Shown here piece by piece: positions 47,690 to 58,268 of a stretch of DNA of 64,000 bases. Within the stretch, counting starts at the first letter, position 1. Each line of letters begins with the position of its first letter. The DNA comes from an uncultured Pseudomonadota bacterium (GTDB taxonomy: Bacteria; Oederibacteriota; Muellerivitia; Muellerivitales; Muellerivitaceae), in NCBI GenBank assembly GCA_963836235.1, contig CAWIIP010000002.1:1600001-1664000 (forward strand), given 5' to 3'. Under the pieces are notes generated by a model. The model did not search any database, was not told the origin of the DNA, and saw only the letters and a list, made by a program, of their open reading frames with translations. Both the position numbers and the translations under genes were made by a program.

Positions 47690-48183
47690 AAACCTTTCCC
47701 GTCATGACGACACGCAAAGACGCGGTCATTGCCTGGGGACAGAAGAATTCCCTTTGGCCGATGCCTTTTGGCACGGCTTGTTGCGCTATTGAGTTTATGG
47801 GCGTTGTGTCCTCGGTATTCGACTTGGCCCGGTTCGGGGCGGAGTTGGTGCGCTTTTCCCCGCGGCAGTCGGACCTCCTCCTGGTGGCCGGTACGGTCAC
47901 TTTCAAACAAGCGCCTATCCTGAAACAAATCTATGAGCAGATGTGCGAGCCCAAGTGGGTCATTTCGATGGGAGTTTGCGCTTCAGCGGGAGGTTTCTAC
48001 AACAACTATTGCACCGTGCAGGGCATCGACCAGGTAATTCCGGTGGATGTCTATATTTCCGGCTGCCCACCCCGGCCGGAAGCCATACTGCAGGCTGTTA
48101 TGAAGCTCCAGCATAAAATTGAAAACCCCAACACTACGCCGCCGGCGCAGTTCAAGGTAGCCGAACCGCATTTTGATTACTAA
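47680..48183 (+). CDS. nuoB: NADH-quinone oxidoreductase subunit B
   Basis: [14 protein letters not shown] and GCPPRPE motifs. Real ATG at 47680. Confidence 0.96.
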   Translation: MGVETFPVMTTRKDAVIAWGQKNSLWPMPFGTACCAIEFMGVVSSVFDLARFGAELVRFSPRQSDLLLVAGTVTFKQAPILKQIYEQMCEPKWVISMGVCASAGGFYNNYCTVQGIDQVIPVDVYISGCPPRPEAILQAVMKLQHKIENPNTTPPAQFKVAEPHFDY

Positions 48184-48209
48184 ACCCAGTTCATGGACTA
48201 GGCAAAAGA

Positions 48210-48749
48210 TTGAATAACGAAAATCTGTTAACGCAATTAACTGAAAAGTACCCGAAGGCCGTGCTGGGTTCTTGTGACCGGTTTGGGGCATTAGAAATTC
48301 AAGTGCACCGGGCGACTATCGCCGAGGTGGTGAAATTCCTGAGGGATACCCCGGGGTTCGAATTCAACATGCTGATCGATCTGGTCTCGATTGATTATTC
48401 AAACTACCCCGGATGGACGGGGGATCGATTCGGGATTGTCTATCTTTTAAAGGCGCTCAATCTCGGGCACCGGCTACAGTTAAAAGCGACCGCGCCGGAA
48501 GACGAGGCGGTAGTTCCAACCCTTTCGGGACTTTACGGCAACGCGGATTGGCTGGAGCGGGAGGCTTATGACCAAATGGGAATCCGCTTCGCGAACCACC
48601 CCAATTTGAAACGGCTCCTGAACCACCACGAGTTTGTGGGGCATCCGCTTCGCAAGGACTATCCCATCACCCGGCGCCAATGGCTTTCGGCAAACGAGTC
48701 CCTGATGGATGAAATGGAAGTCCGGTTAAAAGAAAAGGATTACGAATGA
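48210..48749 (+). CDS. nuoC: NADH-quinone oxidoreductase subunit C
   Basis: WLEREAYD and GHPLRKDYP motifs. Confidence 0.95.
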   Translation: MNNENLLTQLTEKYPKAVLGSCDRFGALEIQVHRATIAEVVKFLRDTPGFEFNMLIDLVSIDYSNYPGWTGDRFGIVYLLKALNLGHRLQLKATAPEDEAVVPTLSGLYGNADWLEREAYDQMGIRFANHPNLKRLLNHHEFVGHPLRKDYPITRRQWLSANESLMDEMEVRLKEKDYE

Positions 48750-49999
48750 CCACCGTACTTGATACGAAAACCCTTCTCCCAACCGTCTCTGAAAATTCCG
48801 CGTCGGGATTGGATTCGGTCCGGCATAAGGACAAAAAAGACCTGGTCTTTGTGAATCTGGGACCCAGCCATCCGGCGACCCACGGTACTTTAAGGGCGCT
48901 TTGCGCGTTGGATGGGGAAACTATCGTGGCGGCGGTGACTGAGATGGGCTATCTGCACCGGGGTTTCGAAAAGGACTGCGAAGTCCATACCTTTCAGCAG
49001 GTGATCCCCTATACAGATCGGCTCAATTACGTTTCCGCCATCATGAACAACGTGGGTTTCTGCAAGGCGGTGGAACGGATGCTCCAGATCCAAATCCCCG
49101 AGCGGGCCCTTTACCTCCGGCTCATCACTTGTGAATTGAATCGCATTATCGACCACTTGGTCGCGGTAGGAGCAAACCTGGTGGACATCGGGGCTCTGAC
49201 CAACTTTTGGTATTCTTTCAACGCCCGGGAAAAGGTCTATGACATCCTCGAGAAACTCTGCGGCGCTCGCTTGACTTCCAGTTATACCCGCCTGGGCGGC
49301 CTGTCCCGCGATGTTTACCCCGCATTCGGGGACGAGGTGAAAGCCGTCCTGAAGGAGATCAAGAAAAGCGTAGGAGAAATCCAAGGCCTTGTTTCCAAGA
49401 ATCGTATCTTCTTGGACCGGACGAAGGATATTTGCGTGATCTCCCAAGAGACGGCCATCTCCTACGGCTGGACCGGGCCCACCCTCCGGGCGACGGGGGT
49501 CGAATACGATTTGCGCAAGGCCGAGCCTTATTACCATTACGAGGATTTCAAATTCGAGATTCCCGTCGGGAGCAAGGGTGATATTTACGACCGCATCTTC
49601 GTGCGCCTTTTGGAAATTGAGGAATCTTCCTCCATCATCGAGCAGGCGCTGAGGAAACTTCCCAAGGGACCCATCATGACCGATGACAAGCGGGTAGCTT
49701 TGCCGCCCAAGCAGACCACCTACGGCAACATCGAGGGGCTCATGAACCACTTCAAGATCATCATGCACGGCATCTGCCCCGAACCGGGTGAGATATATGA
49801 CTTCACCGAGGCCGCCAACGGCGAGTTGGGCTTTTACGTCATCGCTGACGGGACCAAGAACCCCTACCGGGTCAAATGTCGGCCGCCTTGCTTCATGAAC
49901 TTCGCGGCTTTCCACGGGATGATCGAGGGGGGCATGATCGCCGACGCGGTGGCGAATTTGGGGTCGATCAACATCATCGCGGGCGAATTGGATCGATAA
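48746..49999 (+). CDS. nuoD: NADH-quinone oxidoreductase subunit D
   Basis: NLGPSHPATHG, GYLHRGFEK, DRLNY and GELDR motifs. Confidence 0.96.
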   Translation: MTTVLDTKTLLPTVSENSASGLDSVRHKDKKDLVFVNLGPSHPATHGTLRALCALDGETIVAAVTEMGYLHRGFEKDCEVHTFQQVIPYTDRLNYVSAIMNNVGFCKAVERMLQIQIPERALYLRLITCELNRIIDHLVAVGANLVDIGALTNFWYSFNAREKVYDILEKLCGARLTSSYTRLGGLSRDVYPAFGDEVKAVLKEIKKSVGEIQGLVSKNRIFLDRTKDICVISQETAISYGWTGPTLRATGVEYDLRKAEPYYHYEDFKFEIPVGSKGDIYDRIFVRLLEIEESSSIIEQALRKLPKGPIMTDDKRVALPPKQTTYGNIEGLMNHFKIIMHGICPEPGEIYDFTEAANGELGFYVIADGTKNPYRVKCRPPCFMNFAAFHGMIEGGMIADAVANLGSINIIAGELDR

Positions 50000-50016
50000 A
50001 ACTTTTAAGGATTTTT

Positions 50017-50496
50017 ATGCCGGTAACTTTTAAACCTGAAGTCGTCAAAGAATTCGAAGGTATCGCTTCCCGCTATCCCCAACGGCGCGCGGCGCTTTTG
50101 CCCGCCCTTTGGCTGGCCCAGCGGGAGTTCGGCTGGGTTTCCCTCGACGCCATGAAGGCGGTGGCGGACCTGGTGGGATGCTCGCCCGCCCAGGTATTGG
50201 AGACGGCGAATTTCTACACCATGTACCAGAAGCAAAAGCCGGGCAAGTACCACCTACAGGTGTGCCAGACCATCTCCTGCCTCTTGAACGGTTCGGAAGA
50301 GATCAAGAAGACCGTCCAAGCTAAGTTGGGGATCAAGAACGGCGAAACCACTAAGGACGGCCAATTCAGCTACCAGGCGGTGGAATGCCTGGCCTCCTGC
50401 CATACCGGGCCCTGCATGCAGGTGAACGACGATTACCACGAAAACCTGACGCCGGAAGGCGTCGGGAAGTTAATTGACGAGTTACAAAAGAAATAA
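50017..50496 (+). CDS. nuoE: NADH-quinone oxidoreductase subunit E
   Basis: FYTMY, CQTISC and ECLASC motifs. Confidence 0.95.
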   Translation: MPVTFKPEVVKEFEGIASRYPQRRAALLPALWLAQREFGWVSLDAMKAVADLVGCSPAQVLETANFYTMYQKQKPGKYHLQVCQTISCLLNGSEEIKKTVQAKLGIKNGETTKDGQFSYQAVECLASCHTGPCMQVNDDYHENLTPEGVGKLIDELQKK

Positions 50497-50508
50497 CGGA
50501 AGAAGACC

Positions 50509-51789
50509 ATGGCAGACTTTGAACCACAACTGACCAAACGATTCGGCATCAAGGACAGCCACACCTTGAAGGTGTCCCTGGAAACGGGCGGCTACGCCTC
50601 CTTGAAGAAACTATTCACTATGAAGCCCCCCGAGGTCATCGAGGAAGTGAAGGCATCCGGCCTTAAAGGAAGAGGTGGGGCGGGTTTTCCCGCCGGGATG
50701 AAGTGGTCCTTCGTGCCTCAAAATACCGGCAAGCTCATCTATCTGGCGGTCAACGCCGACGAAAGCGAACCCGGCACCTTTTCGGACCGGTATGTGCTTT
50801 TAAACGATCCCCATTTGCTCATCGAAGGAATCATCTGCGCCAGTTATGCCATCAACTGCCATACGGCTTATATTTATTGCCGGGGCGAATTCGCCCAACA
50901 GGTCCAGCGGTTGAACGGCGCGATTGAGGAAGCCAAGAAGGCCGGTTACCTGGGTAAGAACATCCAGGGCTCGGGATTCGATCTGGAAGTCTATGTTCAC
51001 CGCGGCGCGGGAGCCTATATCTGCGGCGAGGAAACCGGACTTTTGGAATCGCTGGAAGGCAAGCCGGGCAAACCCCGCATCAAGCCGCCCTTCCCGGCGG
51101 TGGTGGGGTTGTTCGGATGCCCCACCATCATCAATAACGTGAAGACCCTTTCCTCCGTACCCTGGATCATCTCCAATGGCGCCGCCGCCTACACGGCCTT
51201 GGGCACCAAGGAATCCCCCGGCACCCATATTTTCGGCCTTTCGGGACACGTGAACCAGACGGGTTTCTGGGAAATGCCCTTCGGCCTTCCCATGATGGAT
51301 TTCATCAATAACTATGGCAAAGGAGTCAAGGGCGGCAAGCTGAAAGCCGTCATTCCCGGCGGGTCCTCCTGCCCGGTCTTGACCGCCGAGGAATGCAAGG
51401 ACCTGACCCTCACCTACGAGAGCATGAGGGACCACAAGACCATGTTCGGCACGGGTTGCGCCATCATCATGAACGAGCATACCGACATAGTGAAGGTCCT
51501 GAAAAACCTGACCCATTTCTATGCCCACGAGTCCTGCGGCCAATGCACGCCCTGCCGCGAGGGAACGGCCTGGGAAGACCGCATCATGAAAAAAATCCTG
51601 GACGGGGAAGCCACGACGAAGGAACTGGAACTGATGCTGGAGATCGCCGACAACATGGAAGGGAAGACCATCTGTGTGCTTTCCGCCGCCCTGGCCATGC
51701 CGGTGCGGAGCTTTCTCAAGAAATTCCGGGCCGACTTCGAGAAATACTGCAAACCGGCTTTGGTAGCCGTGCCGGAGGCGGTTTCCTAA
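50509..51789 (+). CDS. nuoF: NADH-quinone oxidoreductase subunit F
   Basis: GRGGAGFP, NADESEPGT, GAGAYICGEE and ESCGQCTPCREG motifs. Confidence 0.97.
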   Translation: MADFEPQLTKRFGIKDSHTLKVSLETGGYASLKKLFTMKPPEVIEEVKASGLKGRGGAGFPAGMKWSFVPQNTGKLIYLAVNADESEPGTFSDRYVLLNDPHLLIEGIICASYAINCHTAYIYCRGEFAQQVQRLNGAIEEAKKAGYLGKNIQGSGFDLEVYVHRGAGAYICGEETGLLESLEGKPGKPRIKPPFPAVVGLFGCPTIINNVKTLSSVPWIISNGAAAYTALGTKESPGTHIFGLSGHVNQTGFWEMPFGLPMMDFINNYGKGVKGGKLKAVIPGGSSCPVLTAEECKDLTLTYESMRDHKTMFGTGCAIIMNEHTDIVKVLKNLTHFYAHESCGQCTPCREGTAWEDRIMKKILDGEATTKELELMLEIADNMEGKTICVLSAALAMPVRSFLKKFRADFEKYCKPALVAVPEAVS

Positions 51790-53414
51790 TGGCCAAGATC
51801 ACCATCAACGGAAAACCCATGGAAGTGGCGGACGGAACCAACGTTCTGCAGGCGGCGCTGGACAACGGCGTTCCCCTGGAGCATTTCTGCTACCAACCCT
51901 ACCTGCCGGTGGCGGGCAATTGCCGCACCTGCATGGTGGAAATCGAGGGGCCCAAGGGCCCCATGCTGACCATCGGCTGCAACACCAAGGTGGCCGAGGG
52001 TATGGTCATTCATACCGAGTCACCCAAGGCCAAGGCTTCCCAAAAAAGCGCGCTGGAGATGCTGCTCCTCGACCACCCGCTGGACTGCCCGGTTTGCGAC
52101 AAGGCGGGGGAGTGCAAACTGCAGAACCAATATATGGAATACGGACTTTATAATTTTCGCCGGGACGTGCCCCGCTACTTCAAGGGCGGCAAAGCCGAGG
52201 ATATCGGCGAGCACATCATGCTGGACCAGGAACGCTGCGTGCTTTGCACCCGCTGTATCCGCTTCGTGGACGAGATACCCAAGACCTCGGAGTTGGGCAT
52301 CGTCAACCGGGGTCATGAATCCAAAATCACTATCTTCCCCGGCGTTCGGTTGGACAACGCCTACTCGGGCAACGTGACCGACATCTGCCCAGTGGGCGCG
52401 CTCACTTTGAAAGAATTCCGCTTCAAGCAACGAGTTTGGTTCCTCAAAAAGACCGAGTCGGTCTGCCCCGGTTGTGCCCGGGGATGCAACATCACCGTGG
52501 AGCAAAACCATGGGCATATCTATCGCTTTATGCCCCGCGAGAACGCCGAGCTCAACAAGACCTGGATTTGCGACGAGGGCCGTTTCTCCTTCAATCATTG
52601 GCAGGAAAACCGGGTATCCGAAGTAAGGCTAGGGCATGCGACCAGCGACCTATCCAATGGGATCGCTCAATTGGCCAACTTGCTGGAAGGAGTCGCGCCC
52701 GAAGAAGTGGCGGGCATTGCCTCCCCCGCGGCGGCTCTCGAAGACAGTTACATGATGAAGAAACTTTTCGAGAAGCGGTTCAAGGTGAAAAATTTAACCG
52801 CGCCTTTCTGGGGTAAAAGGGGCGATGAGGACAAAATCCTCAAGCTGGCGGATAAAACGCCCAATACCCAGGGCCTGAATCTCCTGGGAATCGATGCCGA
52901 GGGAAAAGACCTGTTTTCCCGCATTGAAAAGGGCGAATTTAAGGTGGTCATCGTCATGCACAACAACCCCTTCGGCCAGGACGAGGAAAGGGCCAAAAAG
53001 ATTTACGGAAAAGTGAAGGCTTTGATTGTGCTCTCCGTCCATAAAACGAAGATGGTGGAGCAAGGTTCCATGGTTTTTCCCATGAGGCCCTTCACCGAAA
53101 AAAATGGGACCTTTGTCAACGCCACCAGCCGCCTGCAACGCTTCAAGCAAGCCGTCGAGCCCGAAAATCCGGATGTGATCGAAGCTTCCTTGTGGATTTG
53201 CCGCCTGGCGAAGGCTTTGAAAGTGGAGGGATTTGATTTTCAGGATACGCCTTCCATCTTTAACGCTATGGCTAAGGAAGTGGAATTATTAAAAGGACTT
53301 ACCTTTTATTCCATTCCCCCCACCGGAAAAGTCTTGGACTTGAAACCCTTGGCGGCCGAGCCCTTCCAGGGCGTGAAGGCCCAGCCCAATGTCCTCGGGA
53401 AGGCCAAGGTATGA
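51789..53414 (+). CDS. nuoG: NADH-quinone oxidoreductase subunit G (short form, ~541 aa)
   Basis: GNCRTC, HPLDCPVCDKAGEC, RCVLCTRC and CPGCARGC motifs. ATG 51789 overlaps the nuoF stop. Confidence 0.93.
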   Translation: MAKITINGKPMEVADGTNVLQAALDNGVPLEHFCYQPYLPVAGNCRTCMVEIEGPKGPMLTIGCNTKVAEGMVIHTESPKAKASQKSALEMLLLDHPLDCPVCDKAGECKLQNQYMEYGLYNFRRDVPRYFKGGKAEDIGEHIMLDQERCVLCTRCIRFVDEIPKTSELGIVNRGHESKITIFPGVRLDNAYSGNVTDICPVGALTLKEFRFKQRVWFLKKTESVCPGCARGCNITVEQNHGHIYRFMPRENAELNKTWICDEGRFSFNHWQENRVSEVRLGHATSDLSNGIAQLANLLEGVAPEEVAGIASPAAALEDSYMMKKLFEKRFKVKNLTAPFWGKRGDEDKILKLADKTPNTQGLNLLGIDAEGKDLFSRIEKGEFKVVIVMHNNPFGQDEERAKKIYGKVKALIVLSVHKTKMVEQGSMVFPMRPFTEKNGTFVNATSRLQRFKQAVEPENPDVIEASLWICRLAKALKVEGFDFQDTPSIFNAMAKEVELLKGLTFYSIPPTGKVLDLKPLAAEPFQGVKAQPNVLGKAKV

Positions 53415-54721
53415 TCGATTCCAACCAACTATTCACGCTGATTAACATCACGGTCATGACCGTGGTGGCGTGGTTGATCCCGCTGCAGTTCATCCCCATC
53501 TTCATCTGGCTTGAACGCAAGGGAAGCGCCATCATCCAGGACCGCATCGGGCCCAACCGGGCGGAGATCATGGGCTTCCGCCTATTCGGCATGATCCATA
53601 ATTTCGCCGACGTGGTGAAGCTGTTGATGAAAGAAAACATCGTGCCCACCCACGTCAATCGCTTTTATTTCATCCTGGCGCCTTTTTGGTCCATGGCCGT
53701 GAGCCTCCTGCCCCTTTTGGTGATCCCCCTCGCGACGCCTATCCTCCTGGGGGGACATACGATCCGGTTCCAGGCCGCCGATTTAGGAGTGGGGATTCTT
53801 TTCATCCTTTCGATCACCAGCATGGGGGTATTCGGGGTCATGCTGGCGGGCTGGTCCTCCAACAATAAGTTTTCCTTATTGGGGGGTATCCGGTCCTCGG
53901 CTCAGATGATTTCCTACGAGCTTTCCATGGGACTGGCCGTGGTGGGACTTCTCATGGTCTATCAGGATGTTAAACTCAGTTCCATCGTGGAGACCCAGGG
54001 CCGTTTGCTTTCCGCTTGGGGCCATACTTTGCCCCTGCCTAATTGGGGAATTTTCCTCCAGCCGGTCGGGTTCCTCCTTTTTCTCGTGGCGTCCTTCGCC
54101 GAGACCAACCGAAACCCCTTCGATTTGGCTGAGGGCGAATCGGAGCTGGTGGCGGGCTATCACGTGGAATATTCCAGCGTGAAATTCGCCCTCTTCTTTA
54201 TGGCGGAATATTCCAACATGGTGGTGGCGGCCTTCGTGATTTCCACCCTCTTTTTCGGGGGTTACCAGGTGCCGTTTGTTTCTACCGAAGCCCTGGCGCA
54301 AAATCCCAAACTCGTCTTGGGACTTCTTTGCGGCTTGGTGGCCTTACTGAAGGGAACCGCGGGTTTTATTTTTCTTAAGGGGGCGAACCAACAAAAGCAT
54401 CTCTATACCGGCGTGAAAAGAAACGAGCCCTTTATTTGGGCGGGACTTTGCTTCGCGGCGGCTTTCGCTGCTCTCATTTTCTTGGCCGTTGGATTGAGTG
54501 TGGATTTGCCACCCGGTCTTGTCGCGGTTTTGGCCGCCTTGCTCCAGCTTCTTTGCCTGACCTTGAAGGTCCTGTTCTTTTGCTGGCTTTTCGTGTGGGT
54601 GCGCTGGACCATGCCTCGGTTTCGCTACGACCAATTGATGAAACTCGGATGGAAAGTGATGATTCCGCTGGCCCTGGCGAACCTGCTGGTGACCGGCGTG
54701 GTTGTTTTGACTCAAAAGTAA
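53411..54721 (+). CDS. nuoH: NADH-quinone oxidoreductase subunit H
   Basis: [38 protein letters not shown] and PRFRYDQLM motifs. Confidence 0.96.
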   Translation: MIDSNQLFTLINITVMTVVAWLIPLQFIPIFIWLERKGSAIIQDRIGPNRAEIMGFRLFGMIHNFADVVKLLMKENIVPTHVNRFYFILAPFWSMAVSLLPLLVIPLATPILLGGHTIRFQAADLGVGILFILSITSMGVFGVMLAGWSSNNKFSLLGGIRSSAQMISYELSMGLAVVGLLMVYQDVKLSSIVETQGRLLSAWGHTLPLPNWGIFLQPVGFLLFLVASFAETNRNPFDLAEGESELVAGYHVEYSSVKFALFFMAEYSNMVVAAFVISTLFFGGYQVPFVSTEALAQNPKLVLGLLCGLVALLKGTAGFIFLKGANQQKHLYTGVKRNEPFIWAGLCFAAAFAALIFLAVGLSVDLPPGLVAVLAALLQLLCLTLKVLFFCWLFVWVRWTMPRFRYDQLMKLGWKVMIPLALANLLVTGVVVLTQK

Positions 54722-54731
54722 AGGAAACGCG

Positions 54732-55277
54732 ATGCGAGTGGTTCAAAGACCGGGAATGAAGAACTCGGAAAAAATCTATGTGGTGGAAATCGCCAAGGGA
54801 TTAGCCCTGACAATCGGCCATGTCCTGCACAATCTTTTTGAGCCGAAGGACATGCCGGTGGTTTCCTTCCCCGAGGAGCACAAGGACCTGCCCCCGGCTA
54901 CCCGGGGACGGCATCGTCTGATGAAGCGGGAGGACGAATCCCCCCGCTGCACGGCCTGCATGCTTTGCGCGACAGCCTGCCCGGCGGAATGTATCCATAT
55001 CAAGGCCGCCGAATCGCCCGACCCCAATGTGGAGAAATTGCCCGAGAAGTTCGACATCGACATGCTCCGCTGCGTCTACTGCGGTTTTTGCGTGGAGGCC
55101 TGTCCCCTGGACGCCATCCGCATGGATATCCCTGAGGTCACCGTGGCCGATTACACCCGGGAAGCCCTGGTGTACCACAAGGAATTTTTGATGGATCACG
55201 ATAACAAGGATGTGGTGCCGGATTACAATCCGCCCCGGCCGGTGCTATGGACGCACGGTCCGCACGCGAAGCCGTGA
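54732..55277 (+). CDS. nuoI: NADH-quinone oxidoreductase subunit I
   Basis: Two CxxCxxCxxxCP motifs. Confidence 0.95.
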   Translation: MRVVQRPGMKNSEKIYVVEIAKGLALTIGHVLHNLFEPKDMPVVSFPEEHKDLPPATRGRHRLMKREDESPRCTACMLCATACPAECIHIKAAESPDPNVEKLPEKFDIDMLRCVYCGFCVEACPLDAIRMDIPEVTVADYTREALVYHKEFLMDHDNKDVVPDYNPPRPVLWTHGPHAKP

Positions 55278-55302
55278 AAATCAATTTGAAGAAAGGTTCA
55301 CT

Positions 55303-55806
55303 GTGATCGAAGCGGTTTTGTTTTATATCCTGGCGGCGGTCTTGGTGGGATTAGGATTGGTAGTCATCACCCGCACCAACCCCATCGCTTCGGCGCTGGC
55401 CATGGTGGGAGCCTTCGGTGCCTTGGCGGCCCTTTACGCGCTTTTGTCCGCGACCTTCGTGGCGATTCTCCAGATATTGGTTTACGCCGGGGGCATCATG
55501 GTGCTCATTATCTTCGTGATCATGCTTTTGAATCTCCACCTCGATGACTTGAAGCCGATGAAAGCCAAGGGCGTCCTTGTGGCGCTGGCCTTATTGGGAG
55601 TCTTAGGAGTCGCTTTCGGCCCGGTTTTCCTGATGGTTTTACCCCAGGGGAATTGGAGCTTCGCCGCCTTGCCGGAAGGGTTCGGGAGTATTTTCAGCGT
55701 GGGCGAAAAAATCTTTTCCGAATATTTGTTCCCTTTTGAAATGCTTTCTCTGGTGCTTTTAACGGCGGTGGTGGGCGCTTTGGTGCTCTCCAAAAGGAAG
55801 CTTTAA
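55303..55806 (+). CDS. nuoJ: NADH-quinone oxidoreductase subunit J
   Basis: QILVYAGGIMVL and YLFPFE motifs. GTG start. Confidence 0.93.
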   Translation: MIEAVLFYILAAVLVGLGLVVITRTNPIASALAMVGAFGALAALYALLSATFVAILQILVYAGGIMVLIIFVIMLLNLHLDDLKPMKAKGVLVALALLGVLGVAFGPVFLMVLPQGNWSFAALPEGFGSIFSVGEKIFSEYLFPFEMLSLVLLTAVVGALVLSKRKL

Positions 55807-56123
55807 TGGATTTACTTTATCCCATCACGCCCACCCACTATCTGGTATTGTCGGCGGTCCTGTTCGGCGTGGGCACGGCGGGGGTCTTGTCCCGCAAGAA
55901 CCTCTTTATCGTCCTGATGTCGCTGGAACTCATGTTGAACGCGGTGAATCTTTCTTTCGTCACTTTCTCAAGAATCAATGGCGACCTGACGGGGCATGTG
56001 ATCGTGCTTTTCGTCGTGGCCGTCGCGGCGGCGGAAGCCTGCGTGGGATTGGCCATCGTGATCGCCCTTTACCGGCTGAAGGAAAGCGTGGATTTGGACA
56101 TCTTTAAAAGCTTGAAAGGTTAA
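55806..56123 (+). CDS. nuoK: NADH-quinone oxidoreductase subunit K
   Basis: ELMLNA and VAAAEACVGLA motifs. Confidence 0.95.
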   Translation: MDLLYPITPTHYLVLSAVLFGVGTAGVLSRKNLFIVLMSLELMLNAVNLSFVTFSRINGDLTGHVIVLFVVAVAAAEACVGLAIVIALYRLKESVDLDIFKSLKG

Positions 56124-56125
56124 AA

Positions 56126-58108
56126 ATGGGCTTGGATTCTTTTCAATATAAAAACCTTGTCCAGTTCGACTGGATATGGCTGATTTTGGCCGCCCCGTTT
56201 TTGGGAGCGCTGGTCAATGGTCTATTAGTGCTGATTGGCGCCCGCTGGAAAAAGGATATTGTCCCCCCGGGCCTTTACGCAACCCTGTCTTGCGGAGCGG
56301 CCATCCTTTCTTTTGTGGCAGCCTGGTTCACCTTTGTCCACTTCAAGGACCTGTCCGACGGCAGCGTTCTCACCCAGGAACTGTTCGACTGGATCGAGTC
56401 GGGGATGTTCCACGTGAGAATGAGCTTCGAGCTGGACGCTCTTTCCATGACGATGGTGGTTTTCATCACTTTCGTCTCCAGCCTGATCCATCTTTACTCC
56501 ATCGGCTACATGAAGGATGATCCGGGCTTCGGCCGTTTTTTCACCTACTTGAACCTTTTTCTTTTTTCCATGCTCGTGCTGGTCATGGCCCAGAACCTCC
56601 TGGTCTTGTTCCTGGGATGGGAAGGCGTGGGTTTCTGTTCCTACCTTTTAATCGGGTTCTGGTTTGAGGATGAGGCTAAGGCCAACGCGGGCAAGAAGGC
56701 CATCATCGTCAACCGCATCGGCGACGCGGGGTTCTTGGCGGGGCTTTTGATCGTATTCGTCCTGGCGGGCACTTTTAATTTCAACGAACTGCAATTGGGC
56801 AAGCACGCCTTTACCGAGCTGTCGGCCACGATCATTTGCCTTTGCTTTTTCTTTGGGGCGGCGGGGAAATCGGCCCAAATCCCCCTTTACGTCTGGCTGC
56901 CGGACGCGATGGCCGGGCCTACCCCCGTCTCGGCCCTGATTCACGCGGCCACTATGGTGACGGCGGGTGTTTACCTGATCGCCCGCTTGAACTTCCTTTT
57001 CGTCCTGGCGCCCTGGGCTTCCACGGTAGTGGCGGTCATTGGCGCCCTCACGGCCCTCCTGGCGGCCACCATTGCCCTGGGGCAGACCGACATTAAAAAA
57101 GTCCTGGCTTATTCCACCGTTTCCCAGTTGGGCTATATGTTCCTGGGGGTCGGCGTGAGCGCTTATGGCGCCGGCATCTTCCATCTGATTACCCATGGCT
57201 TCTTCAAAGCCTGCCTGTTCCTGGCGGCAGGGTCGGTCATCCACGCCATGAAAGGGGAACAGGATATCCGCAAAATGGGTGGGCTGTTGAAGCATGTTCC
57301 CATGACGAGCGTTTCTTTTATGCTGGGCTGGATGGCGATTTCCGGCATCCTGCCTTTTTGCGGGGGGTTCAACAGCAAGGACGCCATTCTTTGGAAGACC
57401 CTAGCCACACCCAATCCGGTGATTCCCTTCCTGCCGGAAATTCTTTACTTCACCGCGCTCTTCACCGCCTTCCTGACCGCTTTTTACATGACCCGTCTTG
57501 TCGTATTGGTTTTCTTCGGCGATTACCGGGGAGACCGGGAAGTTTTCGAGCATCTTCACGATTCGCCGAAGATTATGACGGTTCCGCTGCTCATCCTGGC
57601 TATCGGATCGGTTGTCGTCGGATGGATTGGAATGCCCGAAGCCATCGGGGGCGGGAACACCCTGGGCAAGTTTTTGGAACCCATCTTCCACCTATCCACG
57701 ATCGAAGCCACCAATGTCTCGGCAAAAATGGAGCCGCTTCTCATGTTGATGTCCTTTTTGGTGGCGGGATTGGGCGTGGGCGTGGCTTGGTACGTTTACG
57801 GCTGGAAACACACGATCAGCCCCATGCTTCTCAAACTGATTCCTGGCGGCAAGAAGGCCATCGAGAAGAAATACTACGTGGATGAGATTTACGACGTACT
57901 GGTGGTTCGGATGGTCAGGGGATTCGCCCAATGGGTTTCCAACCGACTGGTGGAACAGATCCTCATTAACCGTATTGTCGAAGGTGTTACCCATGGTGTG
58001 TCTTACTTAGCCAAGATGATCCAAAAGACCCAGGTGGGATTGGTGCGGATTTATCTGGCTTACGTGGTGGCCGGCGCCGCTTTATTGATTTACTTGATTT
58101 TGCATTAA
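56126..58108 (+). CDS. nuoL: NADH-quinone oxidoreductase subunit L
   Basis: GWEGVG, GKSAQIPLYVWLPDAMAGPTPVSALIHAATMV and HGFFKA motifs. Confidence 0.96.
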   Translation: MGLDSFQYKNLVQFDWIWLILAAPFLGALVNGLLVLIGARWKKDIVPPGLYATLSCGAAILSFVAAWFTFVHFKDLSDGSVLTQELFDWIESGMFHVRMSFELDALSMTMVVFITFVSSLIHLYSIGYMKDDPGFGRFFTYLNLFLFSMLVLVMAQNLLVLFLGWEGVGFCSYLLIGFWFEDEAKANAGKKAIIVNRIGDAGFLAGLLIVFVLAGTFNFNELQLGKHAFTELSATIICLCFFFGAAGKSAQIPLYVWLPDAMAGPTPVSALIHAATMVTAGVYLIARLNFLFVLAPWASTVVAVIGALTALLAATIALGQTDIKKVLAYSTVSQLGYMFLGVGVSAYGAGIFHLITHGFFKACLFLAAGSVIHAMKGEQDIRKMGGLLKHVPMTSVSFMLGWMAISGILPFCGGFNSKDAILWKTLATPNPVIPFLPEILYFTALFTAFLTAFYMTRLVVLVFFGDYRGDREVFEHLHDSPKIMTVPLLILAIGSVVVGWIGMPEAIGGGNTLGKFLEPIFHLSTIEATNVSAKMEPLLMLMSFLVAGLGVGVAWYVYGWKHTISPMLLKLIPGGKKAIEKKYYVDEIYDVLVVRMVRGFAQWVSNRLVEQILINRIVEGVTHGVSYLAKMIQKTQVGLVRIYLAYVVAGAALLIYLILH

Positions 58109-58120
58109 CGAAAGAAAAGA

Positions 58121-58255
58121 TTAGCCGCAGATTGACGCAAATTTGCGCCGTAAAAGACGAAGAAAAGATTTTTGGTAAAGCACGAAGACTGATTTGAAAC
58201 AAAAGGATTAGGCCTTTGATTTTAACAGCGAAAATTTGCGCAGATCCGCGGCTGA
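58121..58255. repeat. Palindromic MITE/REP-like element, family 2, between nuoL and nuoM
   Basis: TTAGCCGCAGATTGACGCAAATTT ... AAATTTGCGCAGATCCGCGGCTGA imperfect inverted repeats. Confidence 0.7.
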
Positions 58256-58268
58256 AAGGGGGTTCGCT

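Noticed and set aside
51393-51788. N-terminal extension of the 673-aa NuoG ORF (and similar extensions on nuoB, nuoE, nuoJ, lexA)
   Set aside because: They overlap upstream genes or promoters; internal starts with RBS or stop-start coupling fit better.
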